A stretch of DNA of 64,000 bases from Azolla caroliniana (lineage: Eukaryota > Plantae > Polypodiophyta): contig JBHGNT010000017.1 of NCBI GenBank assembly GCA_043228905.1, positions 14,012,001 to 14,076,000 of the forward strand, given 5' to 3'. Positions 63,200-64,000 of the stretch are shown here, piece after piece; positions within the stretch are counted from its first letter, which is position 1; each line of letters begins with the position of its first letter. Made by a program: the position numbers and the translations under genes. Below the pieces are notes generated by a model, which ran no database searches, had not been told where the DNA came from, and was given only the letters and a program-made list of their open reading frames with translations.

Positions 63200-64000
63200 T
63201 GTCGTGAAGATTTTCGGCAATGGTGTGAAAATCACATAAAACGTACAAAATCGAGTATGAATCACATAAAACAATAATAGTGAAGTACCTAAGTACAAAA
63301 TGATGGAGGTCTTCAAGAGCTTTTGAATGCACTTTGTTACACAAGAAATGGACAACTAGATGTCAAGATATGAGGGTATAAAGTTTGTGAAAGGAAAAGA
63401 GAAAACTGTGAGATATCCCACATAGGCACGACAAATACGACTCTCATCATATATAAGGTAGAGCAAAAGCTACTATCTTTGTGTCTATGTGTTGAGCATA
63501 GAGAGTTCAAGGTAACTTGAACTAAGAGTGGAGGTGGCCTAGCCACTTGTAAAAATTTGGCCAACCAAAACGGAACTGGACGACAACCGGCGATTGGTAA
63601 TCTGGCGGTATCGGCATCCGACGGGCCGGCGACAGCGACGGCGACCAATGGTAACCGGCGAACCACCGTCATCCGACAACCGACGGTAACCGACGGCGAT
63701 CGGCATCCGGTAAACCGGCGACCAAATTAATAAATAAATATATATATATCACATATATATACACAAGGAGGGTAAGTGAAGATTCGAACCTTGCACCTCC
63801 TAGTTAAGAGTCAATAGGCTTACCACTAAGCCATGACATTTAGTTAAATTTATATTTCTATCATTGTACTTTTACATGGCAATTCTCATACATGAGAGCT
63901 AAAATGAGTGATATGGTTATCATGGTTATCCTGCACCAAATGGCAAACATGCATTTCATGCATGTCTTGTACCCTCACATGCATCATATGCATGAGAGCG
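63200..64000 (+). mobile_element. Gypsy LTR (family of 58434-59062, longer variant) running off the window, with a tRNA-like module at about 63770-63840 (-)
   Basis: Starts TGTCGTGAAGATTTTCGGC, the reverse complement of the 59062 end; minus-strand TGGCTTAGTGG ... GACTCTTAAC ... GGTTCGAATCT. Confidence 0.85.

Overview
Repeat-rich eukaryotic DNA from a land plant, probably a fern or other seed-free lineage (inferred from the TE families and intron style). There is one intact host gene: a 9-exon ZCCHC8-like NEXT-complex subunit (31618-37560, +). It is surrounded by nested, mostly decayed transposons: several Ty1/copia elements and solo LTRs, Tcn1-like and tRNA-Trp-primed Ty3/gypsy elements, L1 fragments, RTEX/CR1-like LINEs sitting in microsatellites, a hAT-type non-autonomous element and a DDD (Sola-like) transposase pseudogene. 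Four patterns are not explained by that annotation. (1) Four otherwise dissimilar gypsy LTR families carry a tRNA-like Pol III module (A-box and B-box starts 43 nt apart), antisense in U3. (2) One of these LTRs is a 508-bp palindrome. (3) TGTC...GACA gypsy LTRs insert at CpG-centred 4-bp sites. (4) The LINEs sit in microsatellites and share a covarying 3' hairpin. All coordinates were read by eye; no database searches were run.
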